Shown here: positions 27,708 to 37,031 of the stretch, one piece after another
Position numbering within the stretch: the stretch's first letter is position 1
Layout: each line of letters starts with the position of its first letter
DNA from: an uncultured virus (IMG/VR IMGVR_UViG_3300033153_006255)
Lineage: Duplodnaviria; Heunggongvirae; Uroviricota; Caudoviricetes
Strand: one strand, 5' to 3'
DNA: 64,000 nt
Virus record (IMG/VR): IMGVR_UViG_3300033153_006255
Program-made: the position numbers and the translations under genes
The notes under the pieces: model-generated
What the model was told of the DNA's origin: nothing
The model's database searches: none
Seen by the model: the letters and a program-made list of their open reading frames with translations, nothing else

Positions 27708-28156
27708 AGACATCTGTAATAGAGAAGTTTATGTTAGAGTCGAATCGCATTGAGGGGGAAGATAGATTGAACCCCGGCGATGTTGAGGCTGTAGAGTATG
27801 CGTTATCAATGAAGATACTTACGATATATGACTTATTTACTATACACTCTTTACTTGGAGAGTATTTGAAGAAGGAATGGGTTGGTAGGTTTAGACAGGT
27901 TACGATACGAGTTGGAGACGATATAAGGTTTCCGAATCCCTATGCAGTGCCTGTGTTGATGGAAAACTATATGAAAGACTTTAAGAAATTGGATTCGTGG
28001 GTAGCACACAACAGATTTGAAAAGATACATCCGTTTAGAGACTTGAATGGTAGAATGGGACGGATTATATGGCTCACGAAAGCATTAAAAGAAGGGTATA
28101 ATTTTGGGATACCTTTTTTACATATGTATTATTACCAGTGTTTAGAAAGGTATTAA
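27704..28156 (+). CDS. Fic/Doc-family protein
   Basis: ESNRIEG and FEKIHPFRDLNGRMGR. Confidence 0.88.
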   Translation: MKTSVIEKFMLESNRIEGEDRLNPGDVEAVEYALSMKILTIYDLFTIHSLLGEYLKKEWVGRFRQVTIRVGDDIRFPNPYAVPVLMENYMKDFKKLDSWVAHNRFEKIHPFRDLNGRMGRIIWLTKALKEGYNFGIPFLHMYYYQCLERY

Positions 28157-28157
28157 A

Positions 28158-28832
28158 ATGCATTACTATGGATATATCTATAAAACTACGAATTTAATAA
28201 ATGGTAAAATATATATTGGTCAAAGGAAGGGAGAATTTTATCCATATTATTATGGTAGCGGAATTCATTTCTTAAGAGCACTTAAATTACATGGACGAAA
28301 CAATTTTAAGGTGAATCTCATTACCTATGCTAAGACAAAAGATATATTAAATAGGCTTGAGAAAAAATATATCGATAACCACAGAAAAAGAATTGGAAAA
28401 AAGCGAATGTACAACATTGCTGATGGTGGAGGTGGGCGTAGTTGTCCCTTTACCGAAGAACACAAATTGAAACTCAGCAAAATACTTTCTGGTAGACCGT
28501 TAACGGAAGAACATAAATTAAAAATAAAGAAGTCACACTCTAATCCTGAAACAAAACGAAAATGTATAGAATCACATAAAGGTAAGTATCCTTCTGAAAT
28601 GACAAGAAGAAAAATGAGTCTATCAAATTCCGGTAAAAAGAGTGTTAATTTTGGCAAAAGATGGATTGTGAATAAGAGATTATGTAGAGAAAAATCAGTA
28701 TCTAAGGAAAATATACTATATTATTTGAACAATGGTTGGGTATATGGACGCAAACCTATGTCAAATAAGCAAAAACAAAAAATTAGTAAATCAAAAATAA
28801 TGTATTATTACCAAACACTTGAAAGACAATAA
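28158..28832 (+). CDS. Free-standing GIY-YIG homing endonuclease with NUMOD3 repeats
   Basis: GYIYKTTNLINGKIYIGQ, YYGSG, repeated TEEHKLK segments. Confidence 0.88.
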   Translation: MHYYGYIYKTTNLINGKIYIGQRKGEFYPYYYGSGIHFLRALKLHGRNNFKVNLITYAKTKDILNRLEKKYIDNHRKRIGKKRMYNIADGGGGRSCPFTEEHKLKLSKILSGRPLTEEHKLKIKKSHSNPETKRKCIESHKGKYPSEMTRRKMSLSNSGKKSVNFGKRWIVNKRLCREKSVSKENILYYLNNGWVYGRKPMSNKQKQKISKSKIMYYYQTLERQ

Positions 28833-29337
28833 AGGAGAAAAGATGATACAAATAATATGTAATACTTGTGATAAAGTTATGGAAGATGGTAAGTATAGAA
28901 TTACAGTAATGATAAATAGAGAAGGTAAGGAACGACACTATTGTTCACCGGAATGTTGTAACAAAGATATGAAATATCTTGACATAAAAGGAGAAAGTAA
29001 ATGAAGAAAACAATTGTATCTTGGAGTATTGAAGTGGAGTGGGATGATGGAAGTATAGAACACTTTTCGGACGTACCGGATGATGTAGCAATGTCGGTGG
29101 ACGAATACCTTGGTGATGTTGAACAGGACCGAACAGAGGAACTAGAATCCGGGGAGGATGAATGAATTATTTTTTAATTTGAATTTATGAATAAGATTTT
29201 TCTGGAAGCTTCTTTTTTTGTTTTTTTAGGCCAAATTTGAGACGCTGCTAGACGCGGCGTGCCAGATTTTTTATGCCAAAATTAAACTATTTTAATTTAT
29301 TTGTCGACGAGCTCTTAAGTTTTTTTACTAGACCCCC

Positions 29338-29366
29338 TTGACTTTTTGAGGTTTATGGGGTATACT
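29338..29366 (+). promoter_or_regulatory. Sigma70-type promoter
   Basis: TTGACT-N17-TATACT. Confidence 0.65.
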
Positions 29367-29424
29367 TTAAGTGATATCGGGTAGGGTATCCGATATCGTT
29401 ACACATACCATTAAATAGAAGGGA

Positions 29425-29652
29425 ATGAGAATGAAAAAAAGCGAGAGGATAGTAATAGACATCGAAGATGAACTCATGTTAGATATCCTAAAGGATACAT
29501 TAGCAGATTCTAGAACACCAAAGAACGAAACTATTATGAGAATATTTGATATAGGGCTTTCTATAGTAGCTAGCCACGTATCAAATAGATGTCCTAGGTT
29601 GGCTAAGAACCTTGATATATGGCTTGAGGTGGGAGGTGATACACTGCCATGA
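29425..29652 (+). CDS. Hypothetical protein
   Basis: 75 aa downstream of the promoter. Confidence 0.55.
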   Translation: MRMKKSERIVIDIEDELMLDILKDTLADSRTPKNETIMRIFDIGLSIVASHVSNRCPRLAKNLDIWLEVGGDTLP

Positions 29653-30026
29653 CAGAACATGAAGTAATTATGAATAAAAAGAGCGTAACCCCATACAAAA
29701 TGTTGTTAGGCGCTATTTTCAAACAGTTAATACAAGACGCGCTTATGCAAAAATACTACTATAAACTTAGAAAAGAGGTGAGAATGTACCCCGAGCGATT
29801 TACTTATGACAGGAAAACATGGATTGAGAAATGTGCGGTCATAGGTGGACAAGCCCGTCGTACTATTATGTCTAAGGGGTTGGAAGAATTAATCAGTGGG
29901 TCTACAATACATATGGACCCAAATTACTTTCGCAAGAAATATTTAGCACAAGAAGAAGAAGTCTATAAAATAGGTTATGAGAAGTTTGCATCAAATAAAC
30001 ATAGGTTAAAAAACAATGCCGTTTGA
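29649..30026 (+). CDS. Hypothetical protein
   Basis: 125 aa, ATGA-coupled. Confidence 0.6.
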   Translation: MTEHEVIMNKKSVTPYKMLLGAIFKQLIQDALMQKYYYKLRKEVRMYPERFTYDRKTWIEKCAVIGGQARRTIMSKGLEELISGSTIHMDPNYFRKKYLAQEEEVYKIGYEKFASNKHRLKNNAV

Positions 30027-30051
30027 CAAGCCCCTACCGATATGGTATACT
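30023..30051 (+). promoter_or_regulatory. Sigma70-type promoter
   Basis: TTGACA-N17-TATACT with extended TG. Confidence 0.75.
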
Positions 30052-30074
30052 ATGGGGCAAGAAAGGAGAAAAAA

Positions 30075-30284
30075 ATGAATGATAAAATTATAATAAGGGA
30101 CTCGTCGTTGGTAGGAGATTTACTGGTACGAGTAGAGTGTCGTGGTACAGAAGAAGATAAAAAAGAAATGGATTGCAGCCTTGGATGCGATTACTGTAAT
30201 GAGTGTGAGCATTTAATACATCTTAATAGGGGGGTTGTAATTCCCATGCCAGAACCATATGACTATGTTGGAGGTAACGAATAA
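30075..30284 (+). CDS. Small Cys-rich protein
   Basis: AAGGAG SD supports a start at 30075. Confidence 0.55.
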   Translation: MNDKIIIRDSSLVGDLLVRVECRGTEEDKKEMDCSLGCDYCNECEHLIHLNRGVVIPMPEPYDYVGGNE

Positions 30285-31066
30285 TGCCAGTTGTAGGTTT
30301 TAGGTGTATAAAAAGTAATAAAAATGTATCTTTCGAAGAGTGCATGGCGTGTGCTCTCACCTATGAGAATAAGTGCCATTTTACGGCCGATATACTCAAG
30401 GGCATAATTACAGAAGTTACTGAGACTAGAGAGAGTATATCTATCACCAAATTGATAGGGTGTCCGCGTTCAACTTACTTGGTCAACAGAAACGACGTAT
30501 ACGTATCACCTGAAAAGTTATATTGGGCATTCAGGGGCACCCTAGCACACGCTATTATAGAAAAGTATATGGCAGACCCAGACGCTGTTGTTGAGAAACA
30601 CTTTAAAAGGGTTCTGAATGGTATAAAAATAACTGGTAAACCGGATATAATTATACCAAAGCATGAACTTATGCGAGACTATAAGACAACTAAGGAAGTA
30701 CCATTTTTTAATAAGGTATATTTAAACCACGAGATACAGTTAAATCTTTACAGGTGGTTGGTAAGAAAGGAATACAAGGTTGAAAGATTAGAAGTAGTTT
30801 ATATGGATATGAAACGCTCTAAAGTCATACCAGTAAAGAACATATGGAAACTTTCTGATTGTGAGGACTATATTAAAAAACACTCCTCGGTCCTTGCTGA
30901 GGCATATGAAAAGAATATCCCACCAGATGTGCCGGGGGAGTTTCCTCTTTACTGGCAGTGCAGAGACTTCTGTGAAGGTAGAACGATTTGTGCTAAACTA
31001 TACCAAGAGGAAATAAGAAAGGATTTTGATAAATGGGCAGAAACGGAGTGGTGCGATGCTGAGTGA
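30284..31066 (+). CDS. Cas4-like PD-(D/E)xK exonuclease
   Basis: GCPR...RGTLAH...ITGKPD...DYKT...QLNLY...WQCRDFCEGRTIC. Confidence 0.85.
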   Translation: MPVVGFRCIKSNKNVSFEECMACALTYENKCHFTADILKGIITEVTETRESISITKLIGCPRSTYLVNRNDVYVSPEKLYWAFRGTLAHAIIEKYMADPDAVVEKHFKRVLNGIKITGKPDIIIPKHELMRDYKTTKEVPFFNKVYLNHEIQLNLYRWLVRKEYKVERLEVVYMDMKRSKVIPVKNIWKLSDCEDYIKKHSSVLAEAYEKNIPPDVPGEFPLYWQCRDFCEGRTICAKLYQEEIRKDFDKWAETEWCDAE

Positions 31067-31448
31067 GAATTTAAAGTTGTTTTTAGATAAAAATAGAGAA
31101 TACATTAATACTATATCTGGTATACTATCGGAAAGAATGCCAGAAGAACCCGTACCTCTTATACAACATGTCAATAAGCTCGTGGTTCATAAAGCTAGGA
31201 TAAGCATATTATTAGCTGAGATAAACTCGCTGCTTGATTTAGCTGAACACGATGCTTTATTACCTAAGTCTAAGCATCTGACTGAGTTAGATAGGCAGGT
31301 ACGACAAAAAAGCGCGGTGAGAGACTATCGCATGTGGAGGGATATACTGTATGGATTAATGACATCAATCGACTCAAGTAGAAATTGGGCTCAAAGCGCA
31401 CTGGCGTTTGAGAAAACACACGCATTGCTTGAAGGTAGCGGTGCATAA
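31026..31448 (+). CDS. Helical hypothetical protein in the recombination module
   Basis: 140 aa ORF; true start may be slightly downstream. Confidence 0.55.
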   Translation: MINGQKRSGAMLSENLKLFLDKNREYINTISGILSERMPEEPVPLIQHVNKLVVHKARISILLAEINSLLDLAEHDALLPKSKHLTELDRQVRQKSAVRDYRMWRDILYGLMTSIDSSRNWAQSALAFEKTHALLEGSGA

Positions 31449-31460
31449 AAAGGAGAAGAA

Positions 31461-32003
31461 ATGTTAATTAGCGAGCTGTTGCAAGAAGATGCAGGGCTGA
31501 AGGGTGTAAATATCAAAGGAACCATTGCTGGAGTATGGCCACAGAAACAAAGTCCATATGGACCTACGCAGTTTTTCTTGGTATCTGATGGTAAAGATAT
31601 TGTAGGCGTACAAGCAAGAGAAGTATCACTATCTGAAGCGGATAAAGGCAAAAATGTCGAGATAATGGGTGGTACATGGAAATCTTATGAGTCTAAAGGT
31701 AAAACTAAGCATATCTTAGAGGTTCCAAAGAATAAAAGCGCTGGAATAAGAGTTAAAACCGGCGCATCACCAGCACCTACACAGGAGACGAAAATGGACT
31801 TAGAAAGCATAAAAACAGAGATACTAAATGAGTATAAAGAGTCATTAATTAAATCTATGGAATTACTTGGTGATGAGGTTGTATCACAAATGCTGACAGT
31901 ATGCAAAGAGAAGGGTTGGGAAACAAAAGACGTAACAGCTGTAGCTGCATCACTTTATATAGAACTTAACAAAAAGAAACATATCGCAGACATGAGGAGG
32001 TAA
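31461..32003 (+). CDS. OB-fold single-stranded DNA-binding-like protein
   Basis: VNIKGTI...QFFLVSDG...GKNVEI.GG.WKSY resembles RPA/SSB OB folds; follows the exonuclease. Confidence 0.55.
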   Translation: MLISELLQEDAGLKGVNIKGTIAGVWPQKQSPYGPTQFFLVSDGKDIVGVQAREVSLSEADKGKNVEIMGGTWKSYESKGKTKHILEVPKNKSAGIRVKTGASPAPTQETKMDLESIKTEILNEYKESLIKSMELLGDEVVSQMLTVCKEKGWETKDVTAVAASLYIELNKKKHIADMRR

Positions 32004-32004
32004 A

Positions 32005-32199
32005 ATGGGTGTAATAAAAGGACAAAAAGAGTATAGAAAATATAAAGATGGGCAAAGGTTAACAAGAAAACAGGCAATATTGGCACAATGCTATGACTGT
32101 AATGGGGGGGATGAAAGTAACGCCGATTGCCAGGGCTACTCGTGTCCGCTATATCAATATCATCCACATCGCACAGTAGCATTTCAGGCATTAAAATAG
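32005..32199 (+). CDS. Small Cys-rich protein
   Basis: AILAQCYDC...C....CPLY. Confidence 0.6.
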   Translation: MGVIKGQKEYRKYKDGQRLTRKQAILAQCYDCNGGDESNADCQGYSCPLYQYHPHRTVAFQALK

Positions 32200-32355
32200 T
32201 TTATAGGGTAAATTACTCTAATGTGAGGATAAGATGCCTTAGAATTGGTGGGGAGAGCAGTTTTATGATAGCTCAATCTATTGAGGAAAGAAAAAATATT
32301 TCTCACAACCCCAAAAAACATGAACTTAAAACAGTAACACAAAAAGGACAAGGAA

Positions 32356-32805
32356 ATGGCTAATTTCAGACAAGTGAAGACGCAACTATGGAATGATGTA
32401 AAGTTTCTTAAGATTTCTCCAGAAGCAAAGCTGCTGTTTATCTGGACATTCACTCATCCCGAGACAAATTGCTCTGGATTAACTCTGTTTAACGATGATG
32501 TATGCATGAGACAGACTAGTCTCAGTAGGAAAGTAATGGAAAAGGCGATGTTAGAACTGATTGAGATAGCTATGATTGAGTATGATAAAAAGCATAATAT
32601 CCTCTGGGTTATAAATCAGTTTAAACACGCGCCGAAGAGTCCGAAGATAGTTGAAGCTGTAATAAGAGAGATATTAAGTCTCCCAAACGTCGCAACAATA
32701 GACCATTTTATGCGACAATACGATACAGTATTTTGGCCATATTGTATTGAGGGACAACATGATATAAGAAATCCGAGGGACTTATATGCCGACATTAATA
32801 AATAA
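32356..32805 (+). CDS. Replication initiator N-terminal-like (winged helix) protein
   Basis: FRQVKTQLWND..F..IS.EAKLLFIW...NCSG...IEYD pattern; upstream of DnaB. Confidence 0.6.
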   Translation: MANFRQVKTQLWNDVKFLKISPEAKLLFIWTFTHPETNCSGLTLFNDDVCMRQTSLSRKVMEKAMLELIEIAMIEYDKKHNILWVINQFKHAPKSPKIVEAVIREILSLPNVATIDHFMRQYDTVFWPYCIEGQHDIRNPRDLYADINK

Positions 32806-33376
32806 AGTGCCTAAATTTGTAAATGACGCTCTTTCTGCTGTTGAGCAACAAGGGCTAGAGATAATCGATGGTACAATGCCAAGTGTAATATGTAGAAAAG
32901 ATGGTAACTTGGTAGCTATCGTATTTCAGAAATCGCATAAATATAAGATTAAAGCAAGGGATGCTGATACGCTAAGAGCGCTAGAAACCATGGGAATAGA
33001 GTGTTATTGCCTTGATGACAATATGAAAATACAGAGGTTAGAGTTTGTAGAGGAAACTGAAGAGCACAGAGCCTTAAAAGAGCTAGTTACGTTAAAAGTT
33101 AGAAACGCGCGTAGTCTCTTGGGAAAGTTCTCTTATGCTTGGCTTAATAAATATGGTGTTAGAATGTTAAGTAAAAAATATTATTATAAAACTATGTACG
33201 AGTTATTAGACACATATGAGGCAAAAGACATTGAAGGGGCTATTAAAGCATATTTTGAAACTACCAACAAGATGGTTATCTCAGAAAGTCACCCAATACA
33301 GCTTTTCTTGTCTAGTGTTGACCGTTACATAGCTGCTTCTAAGGCAAAACCAGAAGGGCGTGCTAGAACACGATGA
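32786..33376 (+). CDS. Hypothetical replication-region protein
   Basis: 196 aa ORF. Confidence 0.55.
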   Translation: MPTLINKVPKFVNDALSAVEQQGLEIIDGTMPSVICRKDGNLVAIVFQKSHKYKIKARDADTLRALETMGIECYCLDDNMKIQRLEFVEETEEHRALKELVTLKVRNARSLLGKFSYAWLNKYGVRMLSKKYYYKTMYELLDTYEAKDIEGAIKAYFETTNKMVISESHPIQLFLSSVDRYIAASKAKPEGRARTR

Positions 33377-33542
33377 GAATCAATCACTTAAAGACATTTA
33401 AAAAGCCCTGGATATTTGAAGGACCGAATGTATTATATAATTATATAATACATGCAGCATATACAGGAAGAACTATATATAAATACATTCAATCCTTCAA
33501 ATCAGGTGAACTTATTAAAACCCTTTAGAAAGGATAGATAAG

Positions 33543-33962
33543 ATGAAGATGGAAATGTTTGATGGTATCGCTTATGGGATACTAGTAGTTGGTATTTTCG
33601 TTGCGATTTGTATCGCGCTTGGATTGTGGTTAAATTGGACATTAAACCTAAAACGCGAGAATAGGAACCTTCTGTTGTTGCTAAGAGATAGAGATGAAAA
33701 CATCAGAAGATACGCAAATGCTCTAACTGAAGCGAGAAGGCAAGGTGCTGAACAAAGCATCGCTGCTGACAGAGCTACAATACCAGAAGCAGATTCAGTA
33801 ATGAGATTTAGTACTGATGATATGTCTGTTGGTTCAGCAATTTCATTTAGTCAGGAATTTGATACTATGTTACATGAAGTTGCTGGAAGTGACATGACTA
33901 TTCATAGAAGAAATCCAAATGTTTGGACAGGTCAAGAACGTAAACCTAGAACGGAGGATTAA
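33543..33962 (+). CDS. Membrane protein with WTG-variant tag (21)
   Basis: N-terminal TM helix, coiled coil; ends NVWTGQERKPRTED. Confidence 0.7.
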   Translation: MKMEMFDGIAYGILVVGIFVAICIALGLWLNWTLNLKRENRNLLLLLRDRDENIRRYANALTEARRQGAEQSIAADRATIPEADSVMRFSTDDMSVGSAISFSQEFDTMLHEVAGSDMTIHRRNPNVWTGQERKPRTED

Positions 33963-33963
33963 A

Positions 33964-34143
33964 ATGGTAGATAGTGGTTCGATTTTTTACGATAATTCTG
34001 AATGGACAACAACAACTAATGGAGATGTCTATAGATACGTCTCAATGGCACCAAATAGCTATGATTTTACTGTAATAGATGACCCATTTGTATCAAAGAA
34101 TCAATGGAAAGGCAAGAAAAGACCTAAGTATGACAAAGATTAA
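33964..34143 (+). CDS. WKG-tagged small protein 22
   Basis: GGAGG SD; ends NQWKGKKRPKYDKD. Confidence 0.7.
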   Translation: MVDSGSIFYDNSEWTTTTNGDVYRYVSMAPNSYDFTVIDDPFVSKNQWKGKKRPKYDKD

Positions 34144-34408
34144 AGACCCAAGCGTAAAGGTAGAAATGATGATGCGAGAAGTAAGACGAGGTCTAAGAGA
34201 ATTTGATATGTGGATGGCTTACGAGAATTACATTTTATATATTAGGTTAAAACACCGGGCTCTTCGACATAAAGATTTATATGATATACTAGAAGAATTT
34301 TACACGAACTCAATAGATACTTGGGGAGAGTATAAGAATGGGAAATACTATGCACCAATTAGATATCGACAAGGTACGCAAGCTCCAAAGATTAGATGGC
34401 ATTCTTAA
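34130..34408 (+). CDS. Hypothetical protein
   Basis: ORF between tag gene 22 and DnaB. Confidence 0.5.
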   Translation: MTKIKDPSVKVEMMMREVRRGLREFDMWMAYENYILYIRLKHRALRHKDLYDILEEFYTNSIDTWGEYKNGKYYAPIRYRQGTQAPKIRWHS

Positions 34409-35261
34409 AAATACAATAGAGTCTATTTATGATAGGGGAACAACGCCTAAGTTGCCGACTAATCTTACATCATTAGACGAGCAGATATGGGGTTTACATA
34501 AAAAAGAGCTCTTAACTATCGGGGCAAGACCAGGCGAAGGTAAGAGTTCATTAGGGCTACAAATAGCGTGGAGTCTATCAAACTCAAATAAGAGAGTGTT
34601 ATTTCTTAGTCTTGAAATGAGTAAAGAGCAATTAACCGAGCGATTACTTTCTCACGTAATGGAAATAGACAATATAGACCTTAGACATGGTAACGTTACA
34701 GAAGAGATAAAAGATAAAATAAATGAGTTTAAGAAAATCGTTGAGGAATTACCGTTGCTCATTACAGACAATATCGGTTACAGTATTGAGGAAGTGAATT
34801 ATCTTATAGAAAACGCAGACCCACCGTTTGATATTGTAATACTAGATTATATACAGTTATGTCGCTTAGGTAGATTTATGAACCGCGTAGATGCTATCAC
34901 AGAGTATTTAAGGGCGATTAAAGAGTTATCGGTCAAGCATAACTTTGCGGCAGTTGTACTATCTCAAATCAATAGAGCAGCGGCGGACAATAAAAATAAA
35001 CGCCCACAACTACAGCAATTAAAAGGCTCTGGTTCCCTAGAAGAACATAGTGATACTGTAATACTTCTATATTGGCCCTACAATAATGAACCGTGTGACG
35101 ACCCACTTAGGTATGAAATTCTAGTAGAGAAACAACGTAATGGCCCAGTAGGACAAGTTAACCTAGTGTTTGAACCAAAGTATTTTAAGTTTATAGATAG
35201 AGTTGGTATCCCAATGGCACCACCTAAAGGGCAACAAAAAATATGGCAGGACATAAAATAA
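34338..35261 (+). CDS. dnaB: DnaB-like replicative helicase
   Basis: GARPGEGKS, FLSLEM, ILDYIQL, LSQINR, SGSLEEHSD, KQRNGP. Confidence 0.93.
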   Translation: MGNTMHQLDIDKVRKLQRLDGILKNTIESIYDRGTTPKLPTNLTSLDEQIWGLHKKELLTIGARPGEGKSSLGLQIAWSLSNSNKRVLFLSLEMSKEQLTERLLSHVMEIDNIDLRHGNVTEEIKDKINEFKKIVEELPLLITDNIGYSIEEVNYLIENADPPFDIVILDYIQLCRLGRFMNRVDAITEYLRAIKELSVKHNFAAVVLSQINRAAADNKNKRPQLQQLKGSGSLEEHSDTVILLYWPYNNEPCDDPLRYEILVEKQRNGPVGQVNLVFEPKYFKFIDRVGIPMAPPKGQQKIWQDIK

Positions 35262-35273
35262 AAAGGAATAAAG

Positions 35274-35810
35274 ATGAATTATTGGTTTACAGCAGATTAT
35301 CATTTAGGGCACGCAAATATCATTACGTATTGCTCTCGTCCTTTTAAGAACGTAGAAGACATGAACTCTACAATTATTAGAAATCATAATGAGAGAGTAA
35401 AACCTGAAGATACAGTATTTCATGTCGGAGATTTCTGTTTTAAGAATAGCCCTGGCGGTAAAGTTGGCGAGGGAGAACAAACACCAGCAAGCATATGGGA
35501 AAAACAATTGAACGGGAAGATTATATTTATTCAGGGTAATCATGATAGAAATAATTCTTGCAAAACGCCTATACAGAATATGGTAATTACTATAGGTGGT
35601 AAGAGGGTGAAATTGGTACATAATCCAGAGCACATTATAAAACCTGACTATGATTTATATTTTACGGGACACGTTCATGACGCTTGGAAAACTAAAAACC
35701 TACGCGTACAATATGGTATTGCAAAATGTATTAATGTTGGTGTAGACGTGTGGAAATACTATCCAGTTACATTTAACGAAATTGCTAAGAGAATTACGCA
35801 AAGTGCGTAA
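35274..35810 (+). CDS. Calcineurin-like metallophosphoesterase
   Basis: TADYHLGH, HVGDF, GNHD, GHVH, INVGVD. Confidence 0.9.
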   Translation: MNYWFTADYHLGHANIITYCSRPFKNVEDMNSTIIRNHNERVKPEDTVFHVGDFCFKNSPGGKVGEGEQTPASIWEKQLNGKIIFIQGNHDRNNSCKTPIQNMVITIGGKRVKLVHNPEHIIKPDYDLYFTGHVHDAWKTKNLRVQYGIAKCINVGVDVWKYYPVTFNEIAKRITQSA

Positions 35811-36302
35811 CGCATAATGCGTAACGAGGTAGAACTTAAATGATGTGTAGGGGGATGGCTCTATATAAACCTGATTGGTGGGTATAGCCACTGGTTGCAG
35901 GAAACAGTAAACAGCTGTCCTGCTCCCCCTACTTTGACAAATTGAGCCGAGTCAACAATGTGGTATAGTTAGCCACTGCCTTGTAGAGTAAATTCAAGTC
36001 CTAAGTGCACTATGGGCGGTAGGAATGGTTCTGCAAGGGTAACAGGGATAACAACCCTGCTCGGCTCTTACTTTGAAAGGAGATGTGATGGAAAAAATAC
36101 TATTAGCTATTTTACTTGCTGTTGCTGTTATCTTAAATATATCTATTTATAAGAAGCCTACTATAATGAAGCTTGGTAACCATATCGGCGAAGTAAGAGG
36201 GGATACTCTTGTAGTAACTTATCATATTCCGAAAAACTGTAAAAAGGTATTTGGCGCAGAGATTACTTATGAGGCTAAAGGCATAATAAGAAAATATTAA
36301 CC

Positions 36303-36569
36303 ACCCCTCAATAAAGGAGAAGATGAGATGGATAAACAAGAACCTATTATAGTTAAAATGAATAGCTACCCACAAATGCAGGTAGAGCTTTTTTTAAGGG
36401 TTAAGGGCAGGCTTCCAACAGAAGAAAATGATATAGTAGATAAGGCTCTCGCAAAAGAATATTTAGATATGTGGTTTGCAAAGAAACTTACAAAATACGA
36501 TAACAACACAAAGCGATATGCTTTTCACATTTATGGTGGGGGTAAACCTTAACCCCTCAATAAAGGAGA
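36303..36569 (+). repeat. 18-bp direct repeat ACCCCTCAATAAAGGAGA flanking ORF 36328-36552
   Basis: Identical copies at 36303-36320 and 36552-36569. Confidence 0.8.
36328..36552 (+). CDS. Hypothetical protein
   Basis: 74 aa with AAGGAG SD. Confidence 0.6.
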   Translation: MDKQEPIIVKMNSYPQMQVELFLRVKGRLPTEENDIVDKALAKEYLDMWFAKKLTKYDNNTKRYAFHIYGGGKP

Positions 36570-36689
36570 GCTATGCCTAATAACAAAGTTAAGAAGAGGA
36601 AGAAGAGAAGTAAATGTTCTGCTAAGTATTTATGTGATGGTGATATGTGTTGTGGTAGGTTGGGAGTAAAAGGTTTATAAGGAGGCCCA

Positions 36690-37031
36690 ATGAAAAAACT
36701 TAGGAAGCCAGTTAGAGAGATATTAGAGGAATTATATAAAAAAGGTATTTACACATATAAACAACACGCCGCATCAGCATTTGATTTAGGTAAGAATGAG
36801 GTTGACCAAGCCCTCGCCCAAATCCAAGCCCACTACCTATCCCTTGCACCTGATGAAGAGGAGTTAGAGAAGATATGTAATGATGTTCATGGTGTAAGTT
36901 ATTTAGAAGATACAAAGGACGAAAGCTTTAGTCCTCAAGATAAAGTACTGGCAAATGTATTAAGAAATAATAACAATATTCTTGCCAAAGCTATAAGTGA
37001 AGCCTATAAACGGAAGATAAAGGGGGAGTGA
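36690..37031 (+). CDS. Hypothetical protein
   Basis: 113 aa with AGGAGG SD. Confidence 0.6.
   Translation: MKKLRKPVREILEELYKKGIYTYKQHAASAFDLGKNEVDQALAQIQAHYLSLAPDEEELEKICNDVHGVSYLEDTKDESFSPQDKVLANVLRNNNNILAKAISEAYKRKIKGE

Noticed and set aside
29303..29319. Overlapping palindromes gtcgac-gagctc-cttaag resembling a polylinker
   Set aside because: Too short, with no vector-like sequence around it; may be chance or an operator near the 29338 promoter
30284..31066. Cas4-like gene as evidence of CRISPR-Cas
   Set aside because: Solo Cas4-like exonucleases are common in phage recombination modules; no array or other cas genes seen
15909..34143. Tag repeats as a CRISPR array or as diversity-generating retroelement targets
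   Set aside because: The repeats are degenerate, coding and separated by whole genes; no cas operon, reverse transcriptase or template repeat is visible in the window
35980..36030. Twister-like GUCCUAAGU loop
   Set aside because: I could not build the required P4 and pseudoknot pairings
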